Below, one piece after another: positions 11,030 to 26,047 of a DNA stretch of 64,000 nt. Location: the NCBI RefSeq assembly GCF_009914755.1, contig NC_060925.1; one strand, written 5' to 3'. The notes under the pieces are model-generated. The model saw only the letters and a list, made by a program, of their open reading frames with translations, was not told where the DNA came from and ran no database searches. Position 1 is the first letter of the stretch; the number at the start of each line of letters is the position of its first letter. Position numbers and translations under genes: made by a program. This DNA is from the human T2T-CHM13v2.0 reference genome, Homo sapiens.

Positions 11030-11720
11030 TTGATTAAGTACCTGCTGTACCCTCAGCCCTGTGCTAAGTACTACAAGGCAGGCATATATCGCCTTTAGCT
11101 CTCAAAGAGCTAAGTGAATAAGAAGCTGGGAAGTGAGTAGGAGCTAGGAGGTAAGACTAAACAAGTGAAAAAGAGTGAGCCAAAGAAGGCACTGTTTGGC
11201 TTTGAAGGAAGTCAGAGCAGGCAAGATCACAGATGGCAGGAATAGAAAGGAAGGCCATGTCATGGAGAAGGGAAAATTCCAGTAGGTCTTGCAAAATGGG
11301 AAGGATTTCCAGGTAGAGAAGGGGTAAGTGGAATGAAATATCTTCAAGAGAGATACTGAACAGATTGTCTGGCAAGAATAAAGGGAATAGCAGGACTTGA
11401 ACAAGAGAGAATGGGGCCAGAAAATGAGTGGAGAAGCTAGAGAAGAGCCTAGGCTGGTGTAGGGGATGGCAGGTAGGGAGGGAGGTGGTTTTTGAGGAGT
11501 AACGTCCTGAAAGATAAACTGAAGAATGACTAGTGTAGTGGTGCTGTGTAGAATGGAGGGAGGGCTGGAGGGTAGAAAACCTGGTATTTGCAAGACTGCC
11601 TAGGAACTTGTTGAACTGACTGAGATGCCAGACGGCTAGAAGTAAGACTAAGATTTGACAGTGCTGGCAGTCAGAATGGGGTGAAGGAATGGGACTATAA
11701 GATGGGAATCTAAGTCCTCT
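11030..11720 (-). mobile_element. L2 LINE fragment
   Basis: Reverse L2 3' end (attaagtacctgctgtacc...ctgtgctaag) followed by purine-rich L2 body. Confidence 0.6.
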
Positions 11721-11774
11721 CACACTCCATGCTCTTCTCATTCACCACAGCTGTTTCCATGTGCCCCATAAACA

Positions 11775-12301
11775 CTATAGCAGATTGCCAAAAATGGCTA
11801 CATTTCTTCCCCTCCCTGTATCCATGCTCCTTGAAATGGGACCCTGTAGCTCCTCTGTCATATATTTCTTGAATCCAGGCTAACCATATAGCTTGCTTTA
11901 ACAATCAGAATGTACTGGAAACAATGTTGTGTGAATTCTGAGTCTCAGTGTCAAGATGCTTCTGCTCTCTCCTGGAACCCTGCCCAATCACCATATGAAC
12001 AAACTTGGGGTAACTTGCAGGATGATGAGATACATGGCTTAGTCATCATTATCTCTCCACCTGACAGCCAGTGACCCCCAGAAACAAAGCCTAGCTGACA
12101 TGGAACTGCAGCTACCTGTAGATACATGAATAGTCCCAGGTGAAAGGAGAAGGATCACGTAGCTGAGCCTAGCCCAAATCACCAACCCACAGAATGGCAA
12201 GATAAATAAAGGATTGTTATTTTGAGCCAGTAAATTTTGACTCAAAATGCTGGCAGTAAATTTTGGGGTGGTTTGTTATGCAGCATAATATAACTGATAC
12301 A
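11775..12301 (+). mobile_element. MaLR solo LTR (MLT1G/H-like)
   Basis: 5' gcagattgccaaaaatggc; 3' ctgagcctagcccaaat...aaattttggggtggtttgttatgcagca...taactgataca. Confidence 0.8.
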
Positions 12302-12900
12302 CACTGCAAATAACTGTATAGCCACAATATTAGGGAGTGATGCTATATGAAGCCCCGGAAGCTTTCTCACTTTTAAAAAGTACATTATTTTCCTAGCTCT
12401 TAAGGAAGTTTTCTACCATGGCAGAACTATTACCTCACAATAATCACATTTAGGTGAGATGAGAGATGAGAGAAAAAAAATAGAGCAATAATAAAGAGTA
12501 GAGCCCCAGTATGTTTTATGTTGTAGCTGTGAGACAATTTTCATTACAACACACTACAAGAAACTGTCTGAATTCCCTGGCTGAAATAACACTCTGTTGT
12601 TTTGGATACTCCCATCAACAGGGGCCTGGAAATAGTTTCATTACCCAAAAAAGTTTTTATTTTAGTAGTATTTGGCATGTAATCATGGATCTTTATCCTG
12701 CCCATGGTCTTACAAAGGAACATGGGTTGCTCTGTTTTTTTAAGGCATGGAAACATCATAAATTATAGAGATTAAAGAAAAGTACAAATAAATAGACATC
12801 TCATCATAGCACTGGTAGGGAAGCATCTAACTTAGAAGTGTGAATATCATCTCAAAAATAAAGTCAAACAGTCACTTTGTTTAAGAAATGAAGAACTTAC

Positions 12901-12950
12901 CAGTAAGACTTTGTGTGGTCCAATGTTTTCAGGTTTTAAGTGGAATGAAT
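12901..12950 (-). other. GNG12: Non-coding 5'UTR exon (exon 2, 50 nt)
   Basis: Minus strand reads ttaattctatttcag|ATTCATTCCACTTAAAACCTGAAAACATTGGACCACACAAAGTCTTACTG|gtaagttc, with canonical acceptor and donor and no ATG. Recalled as upstream of ...AATTGAAG-ATG (MSSKTAST...) in GNG12 mRNA. Confidence 0.82.
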
Positions 12951-13440
12951 CTGAAATAGAATTAAATAAACATTCCATAAGTAAATCACATTTGGAAAGG
13001 GTGTGCTTTCGATCCCAAGTGACTGCCATAACGTTGAGCATTTATTCATGTATTTAAAGATGAAAAAAGCTTTTTCTGGCTCCTGATGGAAGAGGGAACA
13101 TTTTTTGCCAACACAGTTTAACTTCCTGAATAGAGAGAGCATGCTCTCATCTACTTTGGGGAGTGTTCAAAGTCTGAGGCCAGCGTAACTATAAATGGTA
13201 GTGTTTTTTCCAAACCTCTCCAAGTCAGGGGAAGCCTCTCTAGCCGTTGCCCTTGCCTTGGTCTCAATCTCTTTATGCTAGGGCCCAGCCATGGCCCTCT
13301 CTAAGACACCACCTAAAATACTGGTGGTCCAACATAACTTGAAGGGCAGAGGAGGAGTGTATAAGACTTTCTAACAGTGGCTTTCTGATCATATACATAA
13401 ACACAGATTTTTGTCTTAATTGATAATGATGAGCCTAAGG

Positions 13441-13824
13441 TAGTGTTGTTCAATAGAAATATAACCCAAGCCACATACTATTAAAACATAATATTGAATA
13501 TATTTAATAATAGATTAACAATATATAATTATGTATATTATATATTAATTATAACTATACATAATTATAATAAAATACATTTAATCATAATGTTAAATGT
13601 TCTAGTAGCCACATTTAAAAAGCAAAAAAGAAATTAATTTTAATATTTAATTTAACCTAATTTATCTAGAATATTATTAACACATAATACAGAAATCATT
13701 AACAAGATATTTTACTTTTTTTAGACCAAATCTTCAAGATTCAGTACGTCTCAACTTGAGCTAGCCACATTTCAAGTAGTCCATGGCCACACATGGCTAG
13801 TGGCTACCATACTAGACAGCACAG
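13441..13824 (+). mobile_element. MER33 (hAT-Charlie) with AT-rich expansion ~13480-13590
   Basis: Ends gttcaatagaaatataa... / ...tggctagtggctaccatactagacagcacag. 8-bp TSD-like gcctaagg / gtctaggg. Confidence 0.85.
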
Positions 13825-13969
13825 GTCTAGGGAACCTATTCTTGGCCTTCAGGTATTGGTAAGGCTTCAAGAAGTCCGACGCATATGAAGATCTTATTCA
13901 CCTATTTTCCTTCTCTCAGTCATCTATCATTAGTCCCATTTCATGATGTCATTTTAACAGAAATCAGAC

Positions 13970-14215
13970 ATAATGACAGCAAATACTTATATATAGCACT
14001 TACTATGTGCCAGGAACTGTTCTTGGCATGCCCCCATCTTACCCCAATTAAACGTCACAATAACTTTACGAGGTAAATATATTATTCTCATTTTGTAATG
14101 AGGCAACTGAGGCACAGAGGGGTTACATTATTTACACAAGACTGTGAGACGGTGACAGGGATGGGATTCAAATCTAAGTCGTTTGCCTCCAGAGTCCATG
14201 CTTTTACCCACCACC
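13970..14215 (-). mobile_element. MIR SINE
   Basis: agcacttactatgtgccagg...gaggcaactgaggcacagagggg...gggattcaaatc...ctccagagtccatgct. Confidence 0.85.
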
Positions 14216-14829
14216 CTCTCAATTAAATTTGAACAGCTCAAAATAAGATAATTACTTTCAGTTTTAATTATAACCATCAAATGATCCAAGTCTGCTCTCA
14301 TGATAACATGGTTAGATAATAGCAGTGATGGCAGATGGAACAGTTATTGGATGCACCAGCAAATTAAATTTAAAACAATTTGGGATCCGAGCACAAAAAC
14401 CACAGCAGGTGGGGTCGAAAAGGCTGCACCGGGTCTGGAGGTTTGTCTGGATGACCAAAGTGGTGGTGGCTGGGGAGGTTAATGTGAGGTCCATGGAAAA
14501 TCTTCTTTTGGTGATTTTTCTGAGGGAAGGGCCTAATGCTTTCATCAGATGCTGAAAGATTTCTCAAATGGGTCTTTTAGATAGATATCCCTATATCTGT
14601 CTCAGCAGGGGTAGGGAGTTAGAAAGAATCAAGTAAAAGAATTAAGAAAACACATCTTTTTCACTTTATTAATCCACAGGCCGCAAAAGAATCACACTCA
14701 GTGAGCAAAATCAGACCCCCACATGTGAGCTTTCTGCCAAATCACAGAGACGGAGGCTGGTCAGTGACACCGTAGGGCTGAGGCCACTCAAAGTGCTGCC
14801 ACCCAGTCTCCTATGGAGAGCCCTGAACC

Positions 14830-15130
14830 TGCTGAAAATCCTTCCGTGGCTTCCTCTAGGTTTTAGGATCAAGGCCAAGCTCCTCAGACTACTCTAAAAA
14901 GCCCCTGTGGCCTCATGCCTGGACTCTCCCTCAGGCGCCTCACTGACAGGTCCCAAAATGCACACCCCCTTATGCCTTTGTGGATTCTGTTCTTTCTGCC
15001 CAACATGTCCTTTCCCTACAGTATCAGTGGGTCTTCACATCTCAGTTCAAAAGTCACCACCTCTGGGAAGCCTGTGTGAACATCCTTGACTGCCTCAGCA
15101 ACAACTTCTCTGCAGTAGCGCCAATAAGGT
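14830..15130 (+). mobile_element. L2 LINE fragment
   Basis: aaaatccttccgtggcttcc...tctcagttcaaaagtcaccacctctgggaagcc. Confidence 0.55.
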
Positions 15131-15168
15131 AGTATTCATTCAATTCAAATGGCAATTATACACTACTA

Positions 15169-15556
15169 TAGTTATGTGTCCCTGAAGGAGGGGGATGCGT
15201 TCTGAGAAATGAATTGTTAGGGGACTTCATCGTGTGAATATCGTAGGGTGTACTTACACAAACCTAGAGGGTACAGCCTACCACACACCTAGGCTACATG
15301 GTAGAGCCTATTGTGTCTAGGCTATAAACCTGGACAGCATGTTACTGTTGTGAATACTGTAGGCAACTATAACACAATGCTATTTGTGTATCTAAACATA
15401 GAAAAGGTATAGTAAAAACATGGTATTATCATCTTTAAAATAGGTTGTTTTGTTTAAAAAACATTCAGTCAGTACCAATGGTATTATAGTCTTATGGGAC
15501 CACTGCCACAGATGCAGCCTATAGTTGACTGAAATTTCATTATGCGCATATGACTG
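15169..15556 (-). mobile_element. Tigger3a (Tc-mariner MITE) with 42-bp internal insertion
   Basis: TA TSDs at 15167-68 and 15557-58. Body cgttctgagaaatg...tgtacttacacaaacctag...cttatgggaccac...atgactg. Confidence 0.88.
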
Positions 15557-15564
15557 TACTATTG

Positions 15565-15800
15565 GTAATATTAAAAGCTGGTTTTTTATGTGCTAGGCAC
15601 TGTTCAAGTGCTTTACATGCTCCTTTAATCCCCTTGGTAATCCTATGAGGAAGGTTCTTTTCATTATTCCATTTAGTAGGACAGCAAATTGAGGCACAGA
15701 GGTTAAGCCAGTAGTCTAAGGTTACATGGCTTGTAAGTGGCAGAGTCAAATTGTAAACCCAGACAATTTGGTTCTAGACTTCACACTCCATGCCTGCCTC
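15565..15800 (-). mobile_element. MIR SINE
   Basis: tgtgctaggcactgttcaagtgctttacat...ttgaggcacagaggttaag...aagtggcagag. Confidence 0.8.
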
Positions 15801-16799
15801 CAACTAGGGTCCACTTCCCTCTGCTCTCATTGCCCTTGCACTTACTTTACTCTGGTGTCTCCTATATTTTAGATTTCCATTTATTGGTTTCTCCCCCAAC
15901 AGGTTTGCAGAATCCCTGAAGGTTAATAATGTGTCTAGCTCATTTTTGTCTCTCCAGGACCTAGTAAGGTACTTGGTATATCGTAGATACTCAGTAAAGA
16001 CACACACAGGAAAACACTGGAATAGCATTGAAAGGATAGGAGCCAAGGCTATCAACCCAGGCCTGATAAAAACGCACCAGTATAAAGAATCTTCAAATAC
16101 ACACTTTAACAAAGCAAGTTTTGACTTCATCTTTTAAATCCAGCCAGTTCCAAGGAGATGGTCACTTCCTAGGCCTGTTCAATACCAGAGGGAGAAGAAG
16201 CAACTCGGAGCAACTCGGAGCTTGGCAGACTTGCTCACACCTCCAAGTTCATCAGTTTTATTTGACTTTGCATGTAGAACTAAGTAATAACATGCTTAAG
16301 CAATAGCATACCCAGTGTCTTGGCTGGCCATTATCAAGGACTGCCAGAAAAGACACATGCTGAAAAATCTCCTTTGGCTGCCTGGACATGGCTTGGATAT
16401 TTCTACCCTGGAGTTCCAGGATATATTTCTTTCCATTACTATCTAAACTCCCCTCAGATGGCTATGGAATTTGAACTTGTAGAAGAATACTTTCCTCTAA
16501 CAGTGAGAAAGGCAAAAAGTTTTAAGATCTAGAACATATACAGATCTCTAGGAAGAGAAGGAGCTCTCTCTAGCCTGGTCAGAGATTGTATTAGGATTGT
16601 GGCCCAGCCTACCCACTTGCAGATAAATGCAGTCAGCCATAACATCCACCCTTTATACTGCATCTAGAATGTAAAAGAATCCACTAGCTTCCCATGTGCA
16701 TGGACGGATGTCAGCATCACTTGTTCTTAACAACCAAACCATAAATCTGTATTCTGACTCTTGCCATATCATCTCCTTACATGATAAGAAATAATGACA

Positions 16800-17360
16800 T
16801 TAATTTATTTATTATTGAGAGGTATACTGAATGTAAATCATGTGCTAGGGATGGTTGTAGGTGCTGGAGATGCAGTGGTGAATGAAGTATATTACATTCT
16901 TGACTTGAGGCCTTTACATTGTAATCGGGGACAGCAAACAAACACGTATACAAATAAGTAAATAAGATCATTTTAAACAATAAGTTCTACAATTTTTTTC
17001 ATACATGCAAGGAGTGAAGTGACCTAAAGAAGAGTTTAACAAGGTCTCTTCAGCAGCTGTAGGGAGGAGTATTGAAGAGGCAATAGTGAACAAATGGTGA
17101 CCAAGTATGAGGCCATTTGATTGTTCAGGTGAGATATGGTACCTCAGATGGAGAGAAGTAGATGAATTCAGTATAGGTTCTGGAGGTAAAACAATTAAGA
17201 CTTGCTGATGAAGTGGATACAGGGAGTCAAGCAACTTGGTCAATGATGGTTTCATTTACTCAGGGAGAAAACAGATTGACGGAAGAAAAAAATCAAGAAT
17301 TCTGATGTGATCTAGTTAACTTTGAGACATCCAAGGGGGGATGTCAAGAAAGCATTAAGA
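16800..17360 (-). mobile_element. L2 LINE fragment
   Basis: tttattattgag...taggtgctggagatgcagtggtgaa...tttgagacatccaag. Confidence 0.75.
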
Positions 17361-17369
17361 AGTCTAGAA

Positions 17370-17505
17370 CCATACTGTCCAATAATAGGTACATGTGGGT
17401 CTTTAAATTTAAATACAATTAAAAACTCACTTCCCCAGTTGTATGAGCCACATTTCAAGTGGCCAAGCAGCCACAGAGGCAGCTACTCTATGCAACAGCA
17501 CAGGT
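17370..17505. mobile_element. MER3-like hAT MITE
   Basis: ctgtccaata...agccacatttcaagtg...acagcacag. Confidence 0.6.
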
Positions 17506-18369
17506 ACTATATGGTTTCACTTGCAAATTCTGATATGATGTTATCTCAAAAGGCAAAACAGATGTAAAAGGGCTTTTGACACACATAAAGGACACTACTG
17601 TAGGGATAAAAGGTAAATTCTCCACAAAATTGGGGCATAGTTGAGGGAAATATATCCTATGCTTTAAGTCTATCCTACAAATTTGTCTTTATTAGATGTT
17701 TGGAGGGCTACCAACTTTGTAAAGTAATACTATATGTGTCAAAGAATTATAAATTCATTCTTGAGCTCCAAAGGTTAAAAACAGTGGGTTAAAATGCTGG
17801 CATTTTGCCCCATTGTACAACGGCTTCTGTCCCAGAGAATGGTACACCCCGAAAGGTTGAACTGGCCTATTTTAACCAAATGGTACCACCCCATTATCTC
17901 CACCTTGGGACTGGCTCCTGGCTGGAAGAGCTGGTCTAAGCTGTTCATCAGGAGAAATTCTTTTTACCTGGTTACTGTCCTAATCCACAGAGAGCTTCTG
18001 AAGACAAAGTTTTGTTTTTAATTGAGGAACTGGTGGTATATGTACTCAACTAACTTGCAGATAAGTTGGGGGAAAAGTATTCTGATAATGCCAAAGACAG
18101 TATAAATTTTAAAAAAATACACATAGATTCCTATTTCATCACACTTTAAGAGAATAAGTGAAAAAGAGTAAACAAGAAATTGAAATGTTACACTCAACAT
18201 AATTTTTTCCCCATTTTTGTACTGAAAGGACAATGGCAGTTTTAAAAGGATGGCAAGCTTCTTTGGAATTTACCCATATTTCCAGCAGTCTAGTGCTGCT
18301 ATTTATTTTTGCATGTTACCTTTGATAGAAACATGTGTTTTTATGTTACTATGGCCATAGTTTATATGC

Positions 18370-18590
18370 TATTAGTAGTAAAGGCTTTGAAATTGGACAG
18401 ATCTAGGTTTGAATGTCGGATCCTCAACTAATGAGATGCAAGTCCTTGAACAATTTATCTCTAGTCCTCAATTTCCTAAAGTGTAAAATAGGGCTAATAT
18501 TACCTTTTGTATATACTTGCTGTAAGGATAAAAAAAGAAAATCTTAGCACAGTGCCACTAGGACGAACTCCATGAATTATGGCTACTATT
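18370..18590 (+). mobile_element. MIR SINE
   Basis: gacagatctaggtttgaat...gtccttgaacaa...tgtaaaatagggctaata...ttagcacagtgcc. Confidence 0.65.
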
Positions 18591-18859
18591 TCTTTCTAAA
18601 ATTTCATTTCAAATATTTCAGTATTTCTACACATAGACATAAGTGTTTCATGTTGAAAAGCCACAATTTCCTAAATCAATCCCCTAATGCTGGATAGTTA
18701 AGTTACTGCCAGTTTTTATTATCACAAACATGATTACAATGGACATCTTCATGGCTTAGCTTTTTCATTCTTTTATCTTATTTCTCTGGCTTCTCTAAAT
18801 TCCTAACGGTGAAATTACTGGTTTTTGCTTTTAAAAGGGTTTTTATTAGCATACAATAA

Positions 18860-19940
<1,081 letters not shown>

Positions 19941-22082
19941 GCAGTTTGCCAATTTCTATTAAAAAAAAAAGACTTTTATTTTGTATTTGTAAGATCATTA
20001 GGATCAACATTTTTCCATGTTTGTTTATTAATGGTGTGTCACCTCGAAAAACAATTAATTTTATATTTTTTGGTTATTCGTATACTATGATCCTGATGTT
20101 TTTCTTGTAAGTTTGAATAAGTTCTTTATAGCGCACAGTAATCAACAGGTAATATATGCATTTGCTACAAATAGATTCCCAAAACTTACGCAATTTTAAG
20201 ATAAGTATCTTTTCACTTACATAGCATTTCATAAATAATGTGTCACAGCTATATTTTGTATAAACCTCAAGAGCTATGATATTGCTTCTTGGCAAAATGT
20301 TTGGCTTTTGATTGTGTCTCAAAGTCAATTTATATCCACGCTGATCATCATAGCAACCCTGTGAATGAGCTGGGGAGTATAACAATGTTGCCTGTACGGC
20401 AGAGAAAACAGATCCAAACAGGCCAGGTGACTGAGACAGGATCACTGAATCCTGCAGCTGGCCACAACCAGACTCTGAATCCCTCTTTCTCTGAGTCACA
20501 GGACCCCTTGTGAAAGGAAGCTTGCAAGGTAAAAGTGAAGAGAAGTATTTTGTGCAAAATGGATTATTATTCACAGCACCAATTCTATATTGTTTCCTAT
20601 AAGAAAGCCTTTACACACAGCATCAGAGAACCATGTTTACTTCACTGGAGGATCTCAAGAAATGTTAGCATTATTTCAGCAAATTTACTATAACAATGGC
20701 TCACAAAACGGATCCACCCTCACACAGTTTTTTATACAGGCAAAATAATTTAAATAATTTAAACCTAAATTAAGTTTTACTTGATTATTATTATTATTTT
20801 TTACCTGGCAAAAATACCACTTCTTCTCCCAAGTATTCCCTTATTCTTTGGCTCAATGAAACCACTCTTCTCTTAGAATTTCTACAACCTTTTCTACCTC
20901 CTACTTTTTATCACAGATATTTGGGAATGTGTTGCACTTCTCTGACTGGGTGGTAAGGTACCAGTGGTCCATATTTTAGTTGTATCTCCTAAATCACCTG
21001 GCATCTTTCTCTGCATGGAGGAGCACTCGTTCGATGTTTTACAGAGATATGGGAGAAGAATTTTACATAGTTAAGAGACAACAGTTTTTTAAAAAATGTA
21101 ATTAAAATAAGAGCATTAAAGTACAGGTTGCACTAACTGTATTCTCTTTGCTACACCATTCCTTACTTTGGCAAGCATACTATCATGAGACACTTCTAAT
21201 GCATTCTTAGGCTGGAAGTCTGCATTAGCCAAACGATACTAAACTACATTAAACAGAATGTCTAAGAATGTTTCCAACCATGTACAAATCTGTATAAATA
21301 TGTAACTATATCTGTGATGCTTTTATTTGCAAATTCAGATAAAACTTATTTCTCAAAAATTCTCTGTGTACACAACACAGACACACACACAGCACACAAG
21401 TACTAAAGTCTTGGTCAGCATTTGGGAAAAACTCAGATAAAAATATGGGACATCTGTTTCCTAATACTAGGAAAATTCACAGGAAATGATTAATGTTAAC
21501 TAGGGAGAAAAATAATCTGGATCAAATTATGAAATGAAAACATCCAAAATTCAGAATTTAATACAGTATAGCCTGTGAGCCATGAGATCTTCAAAAGTGG
21601 GGATGATTTAACATTTTATTGAAATATGTTACCAGTAGAAATATTTTTATTCCATGTATATACCAATAAACAAAACTGAATACCCCAGCCTATACAATAC
21701 TTTCAGATTCTGTGTCTCCCCACTGATATTTATGTAACCCTTGGCAGTTGAGGTTAGCTGTTTCGTGTCTATTTCCATAACATGCCCAGTGCCTTGTGGG
21801 ACAAATTAAGACCTAACACTAAATTGGACGGTGGTCCCCAGATAGAGAGGATGGGGCTCTTTTGAGAAAGATCTAGCATAGCTGTGTCTCCCAAGGAGAA
21901 CTGGAGGGACAATGACAGACAGCCACAGAGCAAGGCCAAAGAAAACTGTAGAGGAAGAGGGTTTGTAGCTTGTTGGCTCTTCCACCATCCTGCTGCTTGT
22001 GAGTGTCTCTGAACCTACTATGTGTTTGGCAATGTGGAAGGTGGTAGAGACAAAACAGAGAACAAAATTTAGTCCCTCTCTG

Positions 22083-22551
<469 letters not shown>

Positions 22552-22817
22552 TCACGAGGCCACCATAGCTCCAGTGGCACATAATCTAATCGCAGTAAGT
22601 ACAACTAACTCTGAGAACACAGGGGACACTTATGCCAGTCTGGAATGATCATAGAAGGCTTCCAGGAGGAAGCAGTGTGGAAGCTAAACTGTACAGAATG
22701 ACCAGGGTTTACCACAAGAGGAAAGGAGGGAGGTACAAGTAAGGTAGAGGGAACAGCTTGTGCCAAGGCCTGAGAGGAAGTGAGTCCCTAAGGATGCAAA
22801 GAGCTTGGTGCACTGGG

Positions 22818-22920
22818 GCAAAGAGTTCTCTAGTGGAGTCCTATTAAACTAACAGGCAATAGTCAAGCAAAGAGTTCTCAAGTGGAGTCCTTATTAACAA
22901 ATAGGCAATAGTCAGGCAAA
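22818..22920. repeat. 49-bp tandem duplication
   Basis: gcaaagagttctc(t/a)agtggagtcc...aggcaatagtca at 22818-22866 and 22867-22915. Confidence 0.9.
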
Positions 22921-23759
22921 ACCTAAAGGAGGTAACTGTAGTGAAAACCACAGGACCAACGGAAATGACCCAGAATCTCTAGCATCTTCACATCAGAAAG
23001 AGCACTGACAGGGGGGACAGCCAAGGCCCTTTTAGGTAATAGACCTCTAGAGAGAGGGCAAGAAGATAAATTGTACCATGGCCACAACCTCATCAGAGTC
23101 AATGCTGGTTTCCAATTCACAGGAAAAACCAATAGCCAGCTACCCAACCCAACAGAAAGGAAGAGTGAGCAGGCCTTATTCACAACCCTAAGAGGACGGC
23201 AGAATTATTTCCATTTTACAGGTAAGTTGCTGTTTTTAGAAGACAGTATTTATCAATATTCCTTTCTATTGATTGATCCAGCTTCTGACTAGGAAAAACC
23301 AACTCATCTTGCTTTGCCTGGGACTTCCCAGTTTTTGTACTGAAAGTCTCATGTCCCAGGAATCCCCTCAGTGCCATGCAAGCCAAGATGGTTGGTCAGC
23401 CTACTCAGAGTTTGTGAGGCACATGAAGTGGGCAATGGGATTTATGACACAGGTTTTTGTATAGGAACTGGTGCAAAGTTACATGTGACTGACCTCCCCA
23501 AGCTAACTTGAATCCTTTGAACCACGGAACCTTTTGGAATAGCTTAGTGGCTTCTCAAAGGCTCCTATATAATTTGCCATAATTTACACTGAATAATATT
23601 TGCAAAGCAAAAGCCTAGCTGAGGGCTTAGTGATTACTATCTGTGTGCTAACGTCAAATAATTGCATACTTCACAGCAACTAGCCAGAAGAGTGGTCTGA
23701 AATTAGTTGTTGTTGTTGTTAACTGAAAGTTAACCAAATATCTTTCAGCTTTAACTTTT

Positions 23760-24076
23760 TTGATTTGTTTTGTTTTGTTTTGTTTTGAGACAGTGTCTGA
23801 TTCTGTCACTCAGGCTGGAGTATAGTGGTGCGATCAGGTCACAGTTCCCTGCAGCCCCTACCTCCTGGGCTCACACAATCCTCTTGAGTTTCCCTGGTAG
23901 CTGGGACTACAGGGGCACTTCACCACACCCAGCTAGTTTTTGTATTTTTTTTTTTTTAAGGAGATAGTGTCTTGCTACGTTTTCCAGGCTGGTCTTAATC
24001 TCCTGGCCTCAAGCCATTCTTCTGCCTTGGCCTCCCGAAGCATAAGGATTTAAGGCATGAACCACTGTGCCTGGCC
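23760..24076 (-). mobile_element. AluJ
   Basis: Diverged reverse dimer with (TTTTG)n tail. TSD agctttaactttt at 23747-59 and 24077-89. Confidence 0.92.
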
Positions 24077-26047
24077 AGCTTTAACTTTTGACATTGAAAA
24101 TCTTCCTAAAATAAATTAGTTTACTTACACACGAAGAGTAGTATACACATTTTCATGTATCTTTGTTAACTAGGAATTCTACCATGCCTTACTTATTGCA
24201 ATGGCTTACATTCTTACTGTTCGACAGATTTAAGAAGGTTTAGAAGACAACAAGAATGCACTATAGTTTCCAATAAATACAGTCACAAAAGGATATTACT
24301 TTGTGGCAATATCTGACAGGCAGAGAGTGGCTGACAAATCTTTATAGAATGAATGATGGTGGGACCATACAGAACTACGAAAAAGAAAATGATGAGGACA
24401 GTGAATGAGATAAAGGCTATACTTGTGCTTTTGCTACAGTGCTGTTGACTAAAGCAGCGGGAGCTCAGAGCTGAGGCACACAGTTCTTGTCCAATAAAAG
24501 GAAGGAAAAGCTCTTCAAGAGCAGTCCTTTCCTTACAAGGGTGGTAATGAATAAAATAGGCGACATGGCCTTCGGTCTGCAGAAGATGCAGAAAGACTTC
24601 AATGGTAAGACCAAGGGCCCGCTATTAAGTCCCGATTCAAAAGGCATCCCCCCAGGAAGCTCAGGAAACGTCATCCAGGCTAATGCTCTTTGGTGAGAAT
24701 CCTGACATAGGAATGGATGAGGACATGTGCCTTAGAATCTTTTTCAGAAAAAAGCAATGATTTCTAACACATTTTTGGTTAGCTTTCGATGAAAAGATAT
24801 TTCTAACATCTAATTGTATTTGAATGGAACTATATTAAAAACACTTTTCATTAGCCTTAGAAAACTAAAAAAAAATTAAGAGTAAAATTTAGCAGTATTT
24901 TTTACTGATGATATAACTATGATTCCTCTAAAAGTTCCGGTTTTATTGGAGTAGTCAAGGTAACTGAGATTTTGCTATATGTTGACAATAAACATTTTGC
25001 CCATGAGGCTTAGTTCTCTAAAGCTATTACTCTTTTTGCCGACACCTTTGCATCAGACATAGATAGAATCACAGCAGACATATTCAGGTTATGTCTGCTA
25101 CAGAGTCAGGCGGCACAATCGGGCAGGATGCAGCCAAGGGCACTGCCCTGAGCCTGGATCAGAAAAACAAGAACCGGAAGGGTTTGTTTCCACTCTGCCA
25201 GACCTTTGGTGTAGATGAGCGCACTTCCCCAGGCCTTGGACTCAGAGGAAGAAAATGAGAAGTGCTCCTCAGGTGAGGCTGTGAGCCTCCCTCCAAGACC
25301 TGCACATTCACAGATGTGTGAGGTGGGTGTGCTATAAAGTATCCCATGCTAGTTTTGGGGCTTTGACTCCGCAGAATAGTTTAGTCTTAAACTCTAGCTA
25401 CCAAAATATGGATTAGCAAAGAAATTTTTCTGTCATCGAAAACCAAAGAAGTAAGATATACAGATTCTAAGGACTTGCTCATCTTTTCCTGTATCATCAA
25501 GAGATCAACAGCTTATTAAAAAACAAAAACAAAACACTCAAATGTGTTCAACACAGTCCACTCAAAGCCACAACTCAACAGGAAGACAATTCTGAAGAAA
25601 ACCAGCATATCCAGTACAACCCACCTGTTCTTATACCTACCACCTGCTTCCTGGGTAAAGCCACCTTTGCTGCCTCTATTGTAATATTAGTTTGCACCCC
25701 CGCCTCCACCAGGCATCCTTACAGATCTTTCCATTTTACATACATTTTTACATACATTCTGAACTACACAAACAATCTGCTGCCCAGCGTTTAGGGAAAT
25801 ATACAAGCATATAATCATTGTACTAGCCAAAAAAACCCAGAGCCAAGAAAAAAAATCTGTCATCCACTATACCACAGCAGGGAGATTTAAAGGCAGCTCA
25901 GGGCATTCAATAACGTTCTATCTGTCAAATCAGCCACTTCTGTGCCTATCCCTTTTCCTCAGATCCCCTGTTGGTGATGTATTTATGTATCTGCATCGAC
26001 AACTTGATCGTAAGGTCCCCTGACTGCATAGGCCATAGTTTATTCCT

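Noticed and set aside
12847-13041. Coding reading of the 50-nt exon (SFHLKPENIGPHKVLL)
   Set aside because: The exon is recognised as 5'UTR and has no ATG; the ORF runs through both splice sites.
23205-23228. ccattttacag|gtaagt recursive-splice-like motif
   Set aside because: It is on the + strand, antisense to the host gene, and resembles a MIR core fragment.
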